The notes: generated by a model not told the origin, from the sequence alone. A DNA stretch of 64,000 bases from an uncultured delta proteobacterium (GCA_963772835.1 CAVYYZ010000003.1:1-64000), one strand, 5' to 3'; positions 30,569-41,256 are shown, counted from the first letter of the stretch. Numbers and translations: made by a program.

Positions 30569-31534
30569 ATGTTCAAGAAGTCAATTCTGACCGCCGCACT
30601 GCTGACGGTCACCGTAGCAGCAGCCAATGCCGCACCAACCCATATCGATGCCAAGATTGCCGCGTACAAATCAACGTCCGGTGTAGCCGGCAACCTGAGC
30701 AGCATCGGTTCCGACACCCTCAACAACCTGATGACCTACTGGGCAGAAGGGTTCAAGAAAAAATACCCGAATGTTAATATCCAGATCGAAGGGAAGGGTT
30801 CTACAACCGCTCCTCCTGCCCTGATTGCCGGCACTGCCCAGCTCGGCCCCATGTCCCGCATGATGAAAAGCTCCGAAGTAGAAGGGTTCGAAAAAAAGTA
30901 CGGCTACAAACCGACCAAAGTCGGTGTTGCACTCGATTCGCTCGCAGTATTCGTCAACAAGGACAACCCGATCAAAAGCCTGTCGCTTGATGAAGTAGAT
31001 GCAATTTTCTCCAGCACCCATAAGCGCGGCCTTGCCGATATTACAACATGGGGACAACTGGGCGTCACCGGAAAACTGGCCGACAAGCCGATCAGCCTCT
31101 ACGGCCGTAACTCCGCATCCGGCACCTACGGTTACTTCAAGGAGCATACCCTCCACAAAGGTGACTACAAGAACACCGTTAAGGAACAGCCCGGCTCCGC
31201 TTCAGTGGTTGAAGGTATCGCCCATGACATCTCGGGCATAGGCTATTCCGGTATCGGCTATGCCACCTCCGGTGTACGTGTCCTTGCGCTTTCCGACAAG
31301 AAGGGTGGCAAGGCAGAAGCTGCCAACTATCAGAATGTACTTTCGGGAAAGTATCCGCTGTCCAGAATGCTCTACATATACGTTGCCAAAAAGCCGGGTG
31401 AACCGCTGCCCAAGGTTGTTGAAGAATTCCTGAAATTTGCACTTTCCAAGGAAGGTCAGGAAATCGTTGTAAAGGACGGCTATGACCCGCTGACAGCCAA
31501 GATGATTACCGAGCAGCTGAAGACGCTTAAATAA
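30569..31534 (+). CDS. pstS: Phosphate ABC transporter substrate-binding protein
   Basis: Signal peptide, GSDT, GKGS, GRNSASGT, YPLSR. Confidence 0.93.
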   Translation: MFKKSILTAALLTVTVAAANAAPTHIDAKIAAYKSTSGVAGNLSSIGSDTLNNLMTYWAEGFKKKYPNVNIQIEGKGSTTAPPALIAGTAQLGPMSRMMKSSEVEGFEKKYGYKPTKVGVALDSLAVFVNKDNPIKSLSLDEVDAIFSSTHKRGLADITTWGQLGVTGKLADKPISLYGRNSASGTYGYFKEHTLHKGDYKNTVKEQPGSASVVEGIAHDISGIGYSGIGYATSGVRVLALSDKKGGKAEAANYQNVLSGKYPLSRMLYIYVAKKPGEPLPKVVEEFLKFALSKEGQEIVVKDGYDPLTAKMITEQLKTLK

Positions 31535-31558
31535 TCTTGCATCAGACATCAAACCGGT

Positions 31559-31585
31559 GTCCCCTCCTTTCGGGAGGGGACTTTT
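31559..31585 (+). terminator. Hairpin after pstS
   Basis: GTCCCCTCC-tttcg-GGAGGGGAC-TTTT. Confidence 0.7.
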
Positions 31586-31599
31586 ACGTATGAGAACAG

Positions 31600-33834
31600 G
31601 TGATCATGTCGAAAACTTTTACTGATAAATCAAGACGTAACGACCGTATAGCCGAAGTGCTGATCCGCATCGGCGGCGTTATGGTCATTCTCTCGGTAGT
31701 CTGGATTCTGGTTATGATTTCCCGGGTCGCGCTGCCGCTCTTCTATCCCCCCTCTGCCAGCGTAGCCGCCACGGTGAAACTTCCTCCGGCGATTCCGCCC
31801 GGCAAGATTCTGGCGATCGGGTCTGAAGACAGCCGGCAGGGGATGTTTACACTCGATGAAAGCGGAACCTTTCATTTCTACAAAGTTGCTGATGGCTCAC
31901 TCTCCGCTGACATCAAAACACCAGTAGTTCCTGCCGGTGCCGTTCATGTGGTCTCCGCGGAATATGTTGGAAAATCGTCTTACAATCTGCTCTGGGACAC
32001 CGGCGCCATCTCATCGGTTACTGTAGCGCTTTCTTCCTCCAGGGATGCGGAGGGCAAAATTTCGCTCGCCCATGAGATTTCGCCGAGGGATGAACTTTTT
32101 TTTGGCGCTTCCAGCGGTGTTATACAATCGTTTGCCCGTTTAATTGAAGGCAAGGGGGCAGTACGGATCGACCGTTTGGCCGGGGACCGTTTGCGGGCAA
32201 CCTATCAGGTGGTGGAAACGGACCTGTCCGGCACAGAAAAACGGAGCAGTACCAGCAGTGAGATTACCGATCCGCTGCCGGGACGCCTCTCTGCTGTCGC
32301 CGTCGGAACGCAGGGGCATTACCTCTATGCAGGCACAGACAATGGTATGCTGCTGCGCTGGGATATATCGGAACCGGGACAAACCCGTCTTCTGGACAGT
32401 GTGCCTGCATCTGAAGAGCGGCAGGCGATCACATCTCTGGCACTGGTGCTGGGAGATGTATCGATAGCAGTCGGTGATGCGAAAGGGGAGCTCTCAACCT
32501 GGTTTCCTGTCAAAGTTTCCGGTAGTGGCGAAGATAAACGCCTGACTAAAATTCATACCCTGCGCCCCAACGCCGGCAGCGTGTCACTCATCATTCCTTC
32601 GCCGCGCAACAAAACCATCTTTTCGAGCGACTCCTCCGTCATTCACGTCGACCATATGACATCTGAGCGGAACCTGCTGACCATCAAAACCGGTTCACCG
32701 ATAGTTACTGCCTCTCTTTCACCCAAGGGTAATACCTTGTCAACACTTGACGGAGGTAATACGGTAACGATCTGGTCGCTGGATATTCCCCATCCGGACA
32801 TTTCGTTCGGCACCCTGTTCGGAAAAGTCTGGTATGAAGGGTATGACAAACCTGAATATGCCTGGCAGTCCTCGTCGGCAAACGATGATTATGAACCGAA
32901 GACAAGTCTTGTGCCGCTCGTGTTCGGCACCATCAAGGCGACGCTGTTTGCCATGCTCTTCGCCGTACCTCTGGCCCTGCTGGCTGCTCTCTATACCAGC
33001 CAGTTCATGTCTCCGAAGCTGAAAGGGCGTGTCAAGCCGGTCGTGGAAATTATGGCCGCCATTCCCTCGGTTGTGATCGGATTCCTGGCCGGACTATGGC
33101 TGGCGCCGTTGATCGACAAGAGTATTCTGACGGTATTTTTAAGCATTGTAATCGTGCCGATTATGCTGCTCATCACGATATTCTTCTGGAAGCGGATCAA
33201 AACAGCCTCTCCACTTCAGAGAGTCTCCCGCGGCCACGAATTTATTGCCATGATTCCGGTGGTACTCCTGGGTATCTATCTTGCTTTTCTTTTAAGCGGG
33301 GTTGCCGAGGTGAATCTGTTCGCCGGTGATTTCAAACAGTGGCTCTTCAGCACGCTGGGAGTTCGCTATGACCAGCGTAACAGCATCATTATCGCCATCG
33401 CTCTCGGCTTTGCCGTGATCCCCATCATCTTTACCATTGCGGAGGATGCCATTTCCAACGTGCCGCGCAACCTGACCGCCGCCTCGCTGGCTCTGGGCGG
33501 CAGCCGGTGGCAGACAGCCTGGCGCGTGGTTCTCCCTTCTGCTCTGCCGGGTGTCTTTTCGGCGGTCATGATCGGTTTCGGACGTGCCATCGGTGAGACC
33601 ATGATCGTGCTGATGGCCACTGGTAATACACCCATTATGAGCTGGAGCCTGTTTAACGGTCTTCGCTCCCTGTCGGCCAACATAGCGGTTGAAATTCCGG
33701 AAGCACCCTTCAACAGTTCACTTTACCGGGTACTGTTCCTTTCGGCAGTGCTGCTGTTTATTTTCACCTTTATCATCAATACGGTTGCTGAAGCACTGCG
33801 GCAGAAGTTCAGGAAAAAATACGGGCGTTACTAA
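31600..33834 (+). CDS. pstC: Phosphate ABC permease, long form with a periplasmic beta-propeller-like insert
   Basis: KPVVEIMAAIPSVVIGF, GRAIGETMIVLMATGN; WD-like repeats in the N-terminal half. Confidence 0.9.
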   Translation: MIMSKTFTDKSRRNDRIAEVLIRIGGVMVILSVVWILVMISRVALPLFYPPSASVAATVKLPPAIPPGKILAIGSEDSRQGMFTLDESGTFHFYKVADGSLSADIKTPVVPAGAVHVVSAEYVGKSSYNLLWDTGAISSVTVALSSSRDAEGKISLAHEISPRDELFFGASSGVIQSFARLIEGKGAVRIDRLAGDRLRATYQVVETDLSGTEKRSSTSSEITDPLPGRLSAVAVGTQGHYLYAGTDNGMLLRWDISEPGQTRLLDSVPASEERQAITSLALVLGDVSIAVGDAKGELSTWFPVKVSGSGEDKRLTKIHTLRPNAGSVSLIIPSPRNKTIFSSDSSVIHVDHMTSERNLLTIKTGSPIVTASLSPKGNTLSTLDGGNTVTIWSLDIPHPDISFGTLFGKVWYEGYDKPEYAWQSSSANDDYEPKTSLVPLVFGTIKATLFAMLFAVPLALLAALYTSQFMSPKLKGRVKPVVEIMAAIPSVVIGFLAGLWLAPLIDKSILTVFLSIVIVPIMLLITIFFWKRIKTASPLQRVSRGHEFIAMIPVVLLGIYLAFLLSGVAEVNLFAGDFKQWLFSTLGVRYDQRNSIIIAIALGFAVIPIIFTIAEDAISNVPRNLTAASLALGGSRWQTAWRVVLPSALPGVFSAVMIGFGRAIGETMIVLMATGNTPIMSWSLFNGLRSLSANIAVEIPEAPFNSSLYRVLFLSAVLLFIFTFIINTVAEALRQKFRKKYGRY

Positions 33835-33839
33835 TAATC

Positions 33840-33942
33840 CACCACGGAGACACGGATAAATCAGAATTAAAGATTCAAAGTCTAAATTCTTTTTGGGTTA
33901 AACCATAAATCTTTTTTTGACTTTCTCCGTGCCTCCGTGGTG
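33840..33942. repeat. Miniature inverted-repeat element between pstC and pstA
   Basis: CACCACGGAGACACGGA / TCCGTGCCTCCGTGGTG (16/17 complementary) around an AT-rich core. Confidence 0.85.
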
Positions 33943-33964
33943 AAGCATGTAAGGTGTTACTATT

Positions 33965-35560
33965 ATGAAAATATTCTGGAAGACAGGCGAGCCCTATGTA
34001 CTGGCAACCGGAGCGGCTCTGGCAATCATTCTTGTCATGTCCCTTGCCCTTGTCGGGACCGTTATGACGAATGGACTGGGGTATTTCTGGCCGCGTGAGC
34101 TCGTCAGGTTCGAGCTGAAAGACGGCTCTTTTGCTCTTGGGCAGATCACGCAGCGGGAAAAAAATCCGATTACCGGCGAGCGCCGCCTGCAGCTCAAGGT
34201 TGCTAACCGCGATGTTTTCGGTCAGGATTTCCGCTGGATTGACGAAAAAGAGATCTCTTCCCGCTCACTGCCGGCAGATGCGGTGCTGGTTGAACGCCGC
34301 GAACATGGCAACTATTTCGGCTTTTTGAAGGGAGTAACAGCAGAGGGCCTGACGATTGCCGCCGCGCCGCCGCAGGAAACATTGCAGCAGGCACTGAAGC
34401 TGGTGAAGGGTAAGCTTGACGGTACCCGCACTATCAGGGAGCAGATGTCGGATCTGAACAACAGCGCCGAACGTCTCCGGTTGCAGCTGCTGAAACTCGA
34501 ATATAACGGCGCGGATAAGAACGCCTCTGAGATCGCGGGGCTTACCGCCACCCGTGAAAAGGCCCTGGCAGAATTTACCACTCTGAACGATCGGTTTTCC
34601 GCGGCCCAGGCCGAAATCGGTCGGGTGACCGCTCAGTTCAGTGATGTTACCGGCGCCGGCAAGGATATCGCCCTGGTGGATATTGTTACCGTTCAGCGCC
34701 CCAACAGCATGACGTTTTTCGCCAAATGCGGCGCATATCTTGAGCGTGTCCGCGAGCTGCTGCTCGATGACCCTCGTGAATCGAATACCGAAGGCGGCCT
34801 CTTCCCGGCTATCTTCGGCACGGTCATGATGGTGCTGCTGATGAGTGTTTTCTCTCTTCCATTCGGTGTCATAGCAGCGATCTATCTGCGCGAATATGCC
34901 CGGGACGGCTTGATGACCCGCATGGTGCGGATCGCGGTCAATAACCTGGCCGGCGTTCCCTCTATTGTCTACGGTGTTTTTGGACTCGGCTTCTTCGTGT
35001 ACGGCATCGGCGGGAGTATAGACAGCCTGTTTTTTCCAGAACGGCTGCCGACACCGACATTCGGAACCGGTGGTATTCTCTGGTCCAGTCTGACCCTGGC
35101 GCTTCTGACCGTGCCGGTGGTAATCGTTGCCACCGAAGAGTCGCTCGCCTCCATTCCTAAGGGTATTCGAGAAGGATCACTGGCGCTGGGTGCTACCAAG
35201 TTTCAGACGCTTACTAAAAATCTGCTGCCGATGGCAACCCCCGGCATCATGACCGGCCTGATTCTTTCCATGGCACGTGCGGCCGGCGAGGTAGCGCCGC
35301 TCATGATCATTGGTGTTGTGAAACTGGCACCGGCTCTCCCCTTTGATACGAATTTTCCATTCTTCCATATGGATCGAAAATTCATGCACCTTGGTTTCCA
35401 TATCTACGATGTCGGTTTTCAGTCTCCCAACGTGGAGGCTGCCAAGCCTATGGTGTACGTTACCACGCTGCTGCTTCTTGCAATCGTCATCATAGCCAGC
35501 AGTTCAGCCATTTACCTCCGTAACCGGATGCGTAGCAAATATACAACTTCGACGTTTTGA
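33965..35560 (+). CDS. pstA: Phosphate ABC permease, long form with a coiled-coil insert
   Basis: GGLFPAIFGT, NLAGVPSIVYGVFG, ARAAGEVAPL. Confidence 0.92.
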   Translation: MKIFWKTGEPYVLATGAALAIILVMSLALVGTVMTNGLGYFWPRELVRFELKDGSFALGQITQREKNPITGERRLQLKVANRDVFGQDFRWIDEKEISSRSLPADAVLVERREHGNYFGFLKGVTAEGLTIAAAPPQETLQQALKLVKGKLDGTRTIREQMSDLNNSAERLRLQLLKLEYNGADKNASEIAGLTATREKALAEFTTLNDRFSAAQAEIGRVTAQFSDVTGAGKDIALVDIVTVQRPNSMTFFAKCGAYLERVRELLLDDPRESNTEGGLFPAIFGTVMMVLLMSVFSLPFGVIAAIYLREYARDGLMTRMVRIAVNNLAGVPSIVYGVFGLGFFVYGIGGSIDSLFFPERLPTPTFGTGGILWSSLTLALLTVPVVIVATEESLASIPKGIREGSLALGATKFQTLTKNLLPMATPGIMTGLILSMARAAGEVAPLMIIGVVKLAPALPFDTNFPFFHMDRKFMHLGFHIYDVGFQSPNVEAAKPMVYVTTLLLLAIVIIASSSAIYLRNRMRSKYTTSTF

Positions 35561-35573
35561 CGCAAACAGCAAA

Positions 35574-35745
35574 TTGAAACACAGAGCAACTGAGCAACTG
35601 AGGACGTCAAAATATTTGATGGCCAAACAAAACTACATTGTTAGAGAAACAAACGGGATAAAGTTTTGATTTAAATTCGATTTACCCTCGAATTCAGCCT
35701 TTGATTTTCTCCGTTGCTCCGTTGCTCCGTTGCTCTGTGTTTCAA
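35574..35745. repeat. Inverted-repeat element with octamer (GTTGCTCN) arms between pstA and pstB
   Basis: TTGAAACACAGAGCAACTGAGCAACTGAG vs CTCCGTTGCTCCGTTGCTCCGTTGCTCTGTGTTTCAA. Confidence 0.88.
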
Positions 35746-35782
35746 ATTATTTCAGATTTTAAATGTTTTACAAGGAATTTAT

Positions 35783-36565
35783 ATGTCACAAACTCAAGAA
35801 CTAAGCTGCAACGCACCCATCCTTTCCGTTTCAAACCTGAACCTCCACTATGGTCAGGCGCACGCCTTGAAAGATGTGACCCTGGATATGGCCCGGCATC
35901 AGGTGACCGCGTTCATCGGACCATCCGGATGCGGAAAATCAACTCTGCTGCGCTGTTTCAACCGGATGAACGATCTGGTTGAGAGCGCCCGGATTGATGG
36001 CAGTATTCGCTTTAACGGCGATGAGATCAATGAACCATCCACCGATGTTATCTCTCTCCGGCGCAGAATCGGCATGGTCTTTCAGCAGTCCAACCCGTTC
36101 CCCAAGTCGATCTACGAGAACATCGTCTACGGTCTGCGCATCGCAGGCATCAACGACAAGACAACTCTTGACGAGGCGGTCGAGCGGAGCCTGAAAAGCG
36201 CCGCCATCTGGAACGAGGTCAAGGACCGGCTTAATGATTCGGCCCTCGGGCTTTCCGGCGGCCAGGCCCAGAGAATTTGCATTGCCCGTGCCATTGCGGT
36301 CAATCCGGAGATTATCCTGATGGATGAACCCTGTTCGGCCCTTGACCCCATCTCAACCCTCAAAATTGAAGAGTTGATTGAAGAACTTAAAAGCAAGTAT
36401 ACTATCGTCATCGTTACTCATAATATGCAGCAGGCCGCGAGAGTTTCCGATGTAACCGCTTTCTTTTATCTCGGAGAGCTGATTGAGGCCGGGGGTACGC
36501 GCAAGATCTTTACCAACCCGGAGAAGAAACAGACAGAAGACTACATCACCGGAAGATTCGGTTAG
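35783..36565 (+). CDS. pstB: Phosphate ABC transporter ATPase
   Basis: [49 protein letters not shown]. Confidence 0.96.
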   Translation: MSQTQELSCNAPILSVSNLNLHYGQAHALKDVTLDMARHQVTAFIGPSGCGKSTLLRCFNRMNDLVESARIDGSIRFNGDEINEPSTDVISLRRRIGMVFQQSNPFPKSIYENIVYGLRIAGINDKTTLDEAVERSLKSAAIWNEVKDRLNDSALGLSGGQAQRICIARAIAVNPEIILMDEPCSALDPISTLKIEELIEELKSKYTIVIVTHNMQQAARVSDVTAFFYLGELIEAGGTRKIFTNPEKKQTEDYITGRFG

Positions 36566-36648
36566 TGAGTTAGAACCTCTTTTCTGCCTGTTCTGGTAGA
36601 AAAAGGTTCGTAAACGAACTATCCTGTTTGTCCGGATTAGGAGAACAT

Positions 36649-37320
36649 ATGCTGCATGAACATATCAGTAAGGCTTTCGATAATGAGTTGAATGAATTGC
36701 GCCAGAGTATTCTGGTCATGGGCGGCAAGGTGGAGTTGATGATTGCCAACTCGGTCAGGTCGCTTGTGGATAGGGATACCGCGTTGGCCGAGCGGACTAT
36801 TGCGCTTGATCATGAAGTCAATGCGGCCGAAGTGTCTATCGACGAGCGCTGTCTGGAGCTTCTGGCTCTGCGTCAGCCTGCCGCCCGCGATCTTCGTTTT
36901 ATCACGATAGCGCTCAAGATTGTTACCGATCTGGAACGTATGGGGGATCAGTGCGCCAATATTGCCAAGCGCGCTCGTGAAATGAATGAAGAACCGCCCC
37001 TGAAGCCGTACATTGATATCCCGCGTATGGCCCACCGGGCGGAGGTAATGGTCAAGGAGGCGCTTGACGCCTTCGTGCGCGGCGACTCTGATCTGGCGAT
37101 CAAAGTCTGCAAGGATGACACGTTCGTGGACGATCTTAACATCCAGATACAAAGAGAGCTTCTGACCTTCATGATTGAAGACCCGACAACGATCTCGCGC
37201 GCCATGAAACTCAACTATATTTCAAAGTCATTGGAGCGTATAGCCGATCACGCCACCAACGTGGCCGAGATGGTTATTTTTATGGTCAAAGGGAAGGATA
37301 TCCGGCATACGATAGCATAG
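36649..37320 (+). CDS. phoU: Phosphate signalling protein
   Basis: QPAARDLR, DLERMGD, LERIADHATNVAE. Confidence 0.95.
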   Translation: MLHEHISKAFDNELNELRQSILVMGGKVELMIANSVRSLVDRDTALAERTIALDHEVNAAEVSIDERCLELLALRQPAARDLRFITIALKIVTDLERMGDQCANIAKRAREMNEEPPLKPYIDIPRMAHRAEVMVKEALDAFVRGDSDLAIKVCKDDTFVDDLNIQIQRELLTFMIEDPTTISRAMKLNYISKSLERIADHATNVAEMVIFMVKGKDIRHTIA

Positions 37321-37353
37321 GAAACTGAAGGCCATGGTTCTTCGAGGACCGAA

Positions 37354-37394
37354 ACACAAAAAAAGGTGCCGATAAACGGCACCTTTTTTTGTGT
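37354..37394. terminator. Bidirectional terminator between phoU and tRNA-Asp
   Basis: A-run-GGTGCCG-ataaa-CGGCACC-T-run. Confidence 0.85.
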
Positions 37395-37395
37395 A

Positions 37396-37472
37396 TGGCG
37401 GGGTTGACGGGGCTCGAACCCGCGACTTCCAGCGTGACAGGCTGGCACTCTAACCAACTGAGCTACAACCCC
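37396..37472 (-). tRNA. tRNA-Asp(GTC)
   Basis: GGGGTTGTAGCTCAGTTGGTTAGAGTGCCAGCCTGTCACGCTGGAAGTCGCGGGTTCGAGCCCCGTCAACCCCGCCA; 77 nt, encoded CCA. Confidence 0.97.
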
Positions 37473-37558
37473 GTAGCTAGTAAACAGATTAACTCGACAG
37501 TTATGTCATAAACAGCTGTCGTTTGTCAAGCAGCTTGAATGATGCATTGAAAAAAAGT

Positions 37559-39796
37559 TTATGCACATTCGGAATAACCACAGGCATGGCAGACGGAACA
37601 GCCGCCTTCATGCTCAACAATGCCGCCGCACTCCGGGCAGGCTCCGCGTTCATGCCGTGTAGCTTCATTCTCGATATCATATCCACTGTCAACCAGATGG
37701 TTCTGAATCGCTTTTCCGACTGCATCTGCGCAGGAAAGAACGCGGTTGTCACCGAAGCCGGAGGGGCAGTGGCAGGAAATTCCCTGGAGCTGTTTTACCA
37801 CCTGACGAGCCTGAACACCGCTTCTCCAGGCGAGTGATACCATGCGCCCGATTGCTTCGCTCTGGGAGGCCGCGCATCCTCCGGCTTTGCCCATTGTGGT
37901 GAAAAGTTCAAATAAACCGTTCTTGTCCTCGTTAATAGTGATGTAGAGCGGTCCGCAGCCGGTCTGCATCTGATGGGTACACCCTTTCAGAGCTTTGGGA
38001 CGATCCCGTTTGACCGCTTTCTTTTCTTCTTCGACCGGAGTGGCTGCAACTGCTGCCTGCTCTTCTTTTTTGCCGGTCGACAGTACCTGTTCATCTCTGG
38101 AACCGTCACGATAAATGGTAACGCCTTTGCATCCGGTTTCGTAGGCGAGCATGTATACTTTTTCAACATCCTCGATTGTGGCGGAATGTGAAAAATTCAC
38201 CGTTTTCGAAACGGCATTGTCGGTGTAGAGCTGGAAAGCGGACTGCATCTGAATGTGATATTCGGGGGTGATTTCATGGGAAGTCACAAATACGCTGCGG
38301 ATATCGGCCGGAATTTCGGCAATATCATGGACGGTGCCATGCTCGGCTATTTTCTTCATGAGGTCTTCCGAGTAGAATCCGCGTTCTTTTGCAATTTTCT
38401 CAAAAATCGGGTTGACCTCTACCAGGACGTTTTTGTCCATAACAGTGCGGATGTAGGAAACGGCAAAGAGCGGTTCAACGCCTGAAGATGCGTTGGCAAT
38501 AATCGAGATTGTTCCGGTTGGAGCGATTGTTGTCACTGTCGCATTTCTTTGCGGAGCGGCACCCTTCTTGTCAAATATAGAGCCCTTGAAGTTGGGAAAT
38601 GACCCCCTTTTTTTACCCAGTTCCTGAGATGCAAGATGTCCTTCATCATTGATGAATTTCATAACTTTCTTGCCGAGCTTTACCGCTTCGTCAGAACAGT
38701 AGGGAATCCCCAGAAGTATAAGCATGTCCGCCCACCCCATGACTCCAAGCCCGATTTTGCGGTTTGCGTGAGTCATGTCATGGATCTGCTGCAGTGGATA
38801 GTTGTTGGCCTCGATTACATTGTCGAGAAAGTGGACGGCGTTGTGAATGGTCTCGCGCAGTTTCTTCCACTCAATCGTGCCGTCTTTTATAAAGGTACCC
38901 AGGTTAATGGAGCCAAGATTACATGATTCATAGGGAAGAAGAGGCTGTTCGCCACAGGGGTTGGTAGATTCAATCTCGCCGACCAGCGGTGTCGGGTTGT
39001 CGCGATTCAGGCGATCGAGAAAAATAATTCCGGGTTCACCATTTTCCCATGCCTGTTTGACGATGCGCTGAAAAACCTTGCGGGCGTTAAGACTCCCGCA
39101 GACTTTTTTGTCCCGGGGATTAATGAGGCTGTAATCCTCATCCCGTTCGACAGCCTGCATGAATTTTTCGGTAAGGCCGACTGATATGTTGAAATTATTC
39201 AGCTGTTTCTGATCTGCCTTGCACATGATAAAATCAACCACATTCGGGTGATCGACCCTTAAAATTGCCATGTTTGCGCCGCGTCTGGTACCGCCCTGTT
39301 TGATGGTCTCCGTTGCAATGTCAAATACACGCATAAATGAGAGCGGGCCGCTTGAAATGCCGGTGGTGGTGCTGACGACGTCGTTAGCCGGTCTCAGACG
39401 TGAAAAGGAGAACCCGGTGCCGCCACCTGATTTGTGAATCAGTGCGGTATATTTTACGGCGTCAAAAATCTCTTCCATAGAGTCGCCTACCGGAAGAACA
39501 AAGCATGCTGACAACTGCCCGAGAGGACGGCCTGCATTCATGAGGGTAGGTGAGTTCGGGAGAAATTCAAAGGTGGTCATCATGCGATAGAAGGTGTCGG
39601 ATAATGTTTTTGTATCCGCTTTCTTATCAAAAGTTTTGTCGGCTGCGGCAATTGTGTCCGCCACACGTCGAAACATGTCTGCCGGAGTCTCAAGAGCCTT
39701 ACCGGTTTCATCCCTGCGCAGATAGCGTTTTTCCAAAACAGTGACAGCATTTTTTGTCAGTCCGGGGATGGCGTCGGGTGTGGTGCTTTTTTTCAT
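37559..39796 (-). CDS. nrdJ: Class II (B12-dependent) ribonucleotide reductase with C-terminal TSCPD-like and Zn-ribbon domains
   Basis: PNSPTLMNAG, LSACFV, TNPCGEQPL, TIAPTGTIS, terminal CPECG...CHACGYSEC. Confidence 0.95.
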   Translation of the reverse strand: MKKSTTPDAIPGLTKNAVTVLEKRYLRRDETGKALETPADMFRRVADTIAAADKTFDKKADTKTLSDTFYRMMTTFEFLPNSPTLMNAGRPLGQLSACFVLPVGDSMEEIFDAVKYTALIHKSGGGTGFSFSRLRPANDVVSTTTGISSGPLSFMRVFDIATETIKQGGTRRGANMAILRVDHPNVVDFIMCKADQKQLNNFNISVGLTEKFMQAVERDEDYSLINPRDKKVCGSLNARKVFQRIVKQAWENGEPGIIFLDRLNRDNPTPLVGEIESTNPCGEQPLLPYESCNLGSINLGTFIKDGTIEWKKLRETIHNAVHFLDNVIEANNYPLQQIHDMTHANRKIGLGVMGWADMLILLGIPYCSDEAVKLGKKVMKFINDEGHLASQELGKKRGSFPNFKGSIFDKKGAAPQRNATVTTIAPTGTISIIANASSGVEPLFAVSYIRTVMDKNVLVEVNPIFEKIAKERGFYSEDLMKKIAEHGTVHDIAEIPADIRSVFVTSHEITPEYHIQMQSAFQLYTDNAVSKTVNFSHSATIEDVEKVYMLAYETGCKGVTIYRDGSRDEQVLSTGKKEEQAAVAATPVEEEKKAVKRDRPKALKGCTHQMQTGCGPLYITINEDKNGLFELFTTMGKAGGCAASQSEAIGRMVSLAWRSGVQARQVVKQLQGISCHCPSGFGDNRVLSCADAVGKAIQNHLVDSGYDIENEATRHERGACPECGGIVEHEGGCSVCHACGYSECA

Positions 39797-39867
39797 AGAA
39801 AACTCCTTGTATTTAAGAAACTGTTGATCCTGAACGTATTAAATGTGGTCTGCCTGAAAACAACAAA

Positions 39868-39916
39868 CCACAATATTTTGTGGAAGGTGCTGAAATAAAC
39901 CACAACATGTATGTGG
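39868..39916. promoter_or_regulatory. Tandem NrdR boxes upstream of nrdJ
   Basis: CCACAATATTTTGTGG (39868-39883) and CCACAACATGTATGTGG (from 39900), 32 bp apart. Confidence 0.8.
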
Positions 39917-40179
39917 TGTCAACAAATATAATTTATAAAAACATAACACCTTGAAAGGACTTGAAAAGCTGAATAACCGGGCAGGTTGATGGATATTTTA
40001 ATGAAAAACTGCACGTATTTTGTGTGCCCGGCGGCATTCAGTTTGTCATTGCCTGATCGAGTCTGACAGGAGGGTGCCTGTAACACGGAGATGATGAACC
40101 GCCTTTGAATAAACAACATTGAATTTACAGTTTATCCGAATCATGGTAATGGTTCATCTCCATTGTAAGGAGTTCACGA

Positions 40180-41256
40180 GTGAAAGTTTTTATCGCGGCC
40201 GGTCTCTTTTTCTGTCTGACAACAATCTCGCTGGCAGCCGAACCGGCCACAACGGTGTACGAGGGAACGGTTCTGACCGAAGATGTAACCTGGCGGGGTT
40301 CCATACTCGTCAAAGGGTCGGTCGTTGTGGCACCACAGGCGACCCTGCGCATTGATCCGGGGACGGTTGTACGATTTGCTGTATCTGCCTCTCAACAGAT
40401 TCCTGCTCTTGTTATTCAAGGGCGTCTTAACGCTGCAGGAACCTCTGAACGCCCGATTTTGCTGACATCTGACCGGACACGGCCCGTTCGAGGCTCATGG
40501 GGGGGCATCGTTTTTCTCTCAACTGAAAAACGCAATCTGCTCGACCGCTGTCGTATTGAGTATGCAGAAACCGGGATCGATGTCCGTTTTTCCACGGTAA
40601 CCCTTAAGTCGATTTCTATCGTACAGGCCAGGACCGCTCTGCTGTCCCATGACGGTATAATCCAGATGACCGGCAGCACGGTCTCCGATTCAGAAACCGG
40701 CATTGAAGTCTATAACAGCGAATTTGACGGCAGGGATACGACTGTTGATGCATGTCAGCGCGGCGGATTGTTTAGTAAATCTGCTGTTGTGCTTTCCTCG
40801 CTTACTTTTACTAATAACCAGCACGCCGGGTTTGAAGCGGATGACTGCCGGATAAAAATCGGCGGTGGAGAGTTTTCCGGAAATTCTCTCGGAGCACGAA
40901 TCAAGGGAGGAGAGGGGGAGATCGTTATGTCCGCCTTTGTGCGTAACACGCGGAATGCTCTTCATGTTTCCGATTCACGTGTCAGGATTACACGATGTCT
41001 GTTTGCCGGGAACCTCCAGGACGCGTTGCGAATTGATGATGGACGGGCGCTCCTGATGAATAATGCCTTCAGTTTAAACGGCGGCTTCAATATCGTCAAT
41101 GCCGGTCGTGAGGTTGTCAGTGCCCGCCAGAACTGGTGGGGAACAAAAGATCCGTCGCTGATCGGCCAAAAGATTTATGACTCGGTTCGAGATAAAAACA
41201 TCGGCACTGTCCAGCTTTTCCCCTGGCTGAATGAAAAACCGCCATTGACTCCATGA
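40180..41256 (+). CDS. Exported right-handed parallel beta-helix repeat protein
   Basis: Signal peptide; TLRIDPGTVVRF, GSWGGIVF, ARQNWWG motifs. Confidence 0.8.
   Translation: MKVFIAAGLFFCLTTISLAAEPATTVYEGTVLTEDVTWRGSILVKGSVVVAPQATLRIDPGTVVRFAVSASQQIPALVIQGRLNAAGTSERPILLTSDRTRPVRGSWGGIVFLSTEKRNLLDRCRIEYAETGIDVRFSTVTLKSISIVQARTALLSHDGIIQMTGSTVSDSETGIEVYNSEFDGRDTTVDACQRGGLFSKSAVVLSSLTFTNNQHAGFEADDCRIKIGGGEFSGNSLGARIKGGEGEIVMSAFVRNTRNALHVSDSRVRITRCLFAGNLQDALRIDDGRALLMNNAFSLNGGFNIVNAGREVVSARQNWWGTKDPSLIGQKIYDSVRDKNIGTVQLFPWLNEKPPLTP

Noticed and set aside
35701..35782. Upstream in-frame extension of pstB (track start 35714)
   Set aside because: Lies within the octamer repeat arm; AAGGA RBS supports ATG 35783
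37248..37558. Integrative element at tRNA-Asp, or ORF 37248-37457
   Set aside because: No integrase and no duplicated tRNA 3' end; the ORF overlaps the tRNA and terminator
37559..39796. Intein or intron in nrdJ
   Set aside because: Normal length with contiguous catalytic motifs
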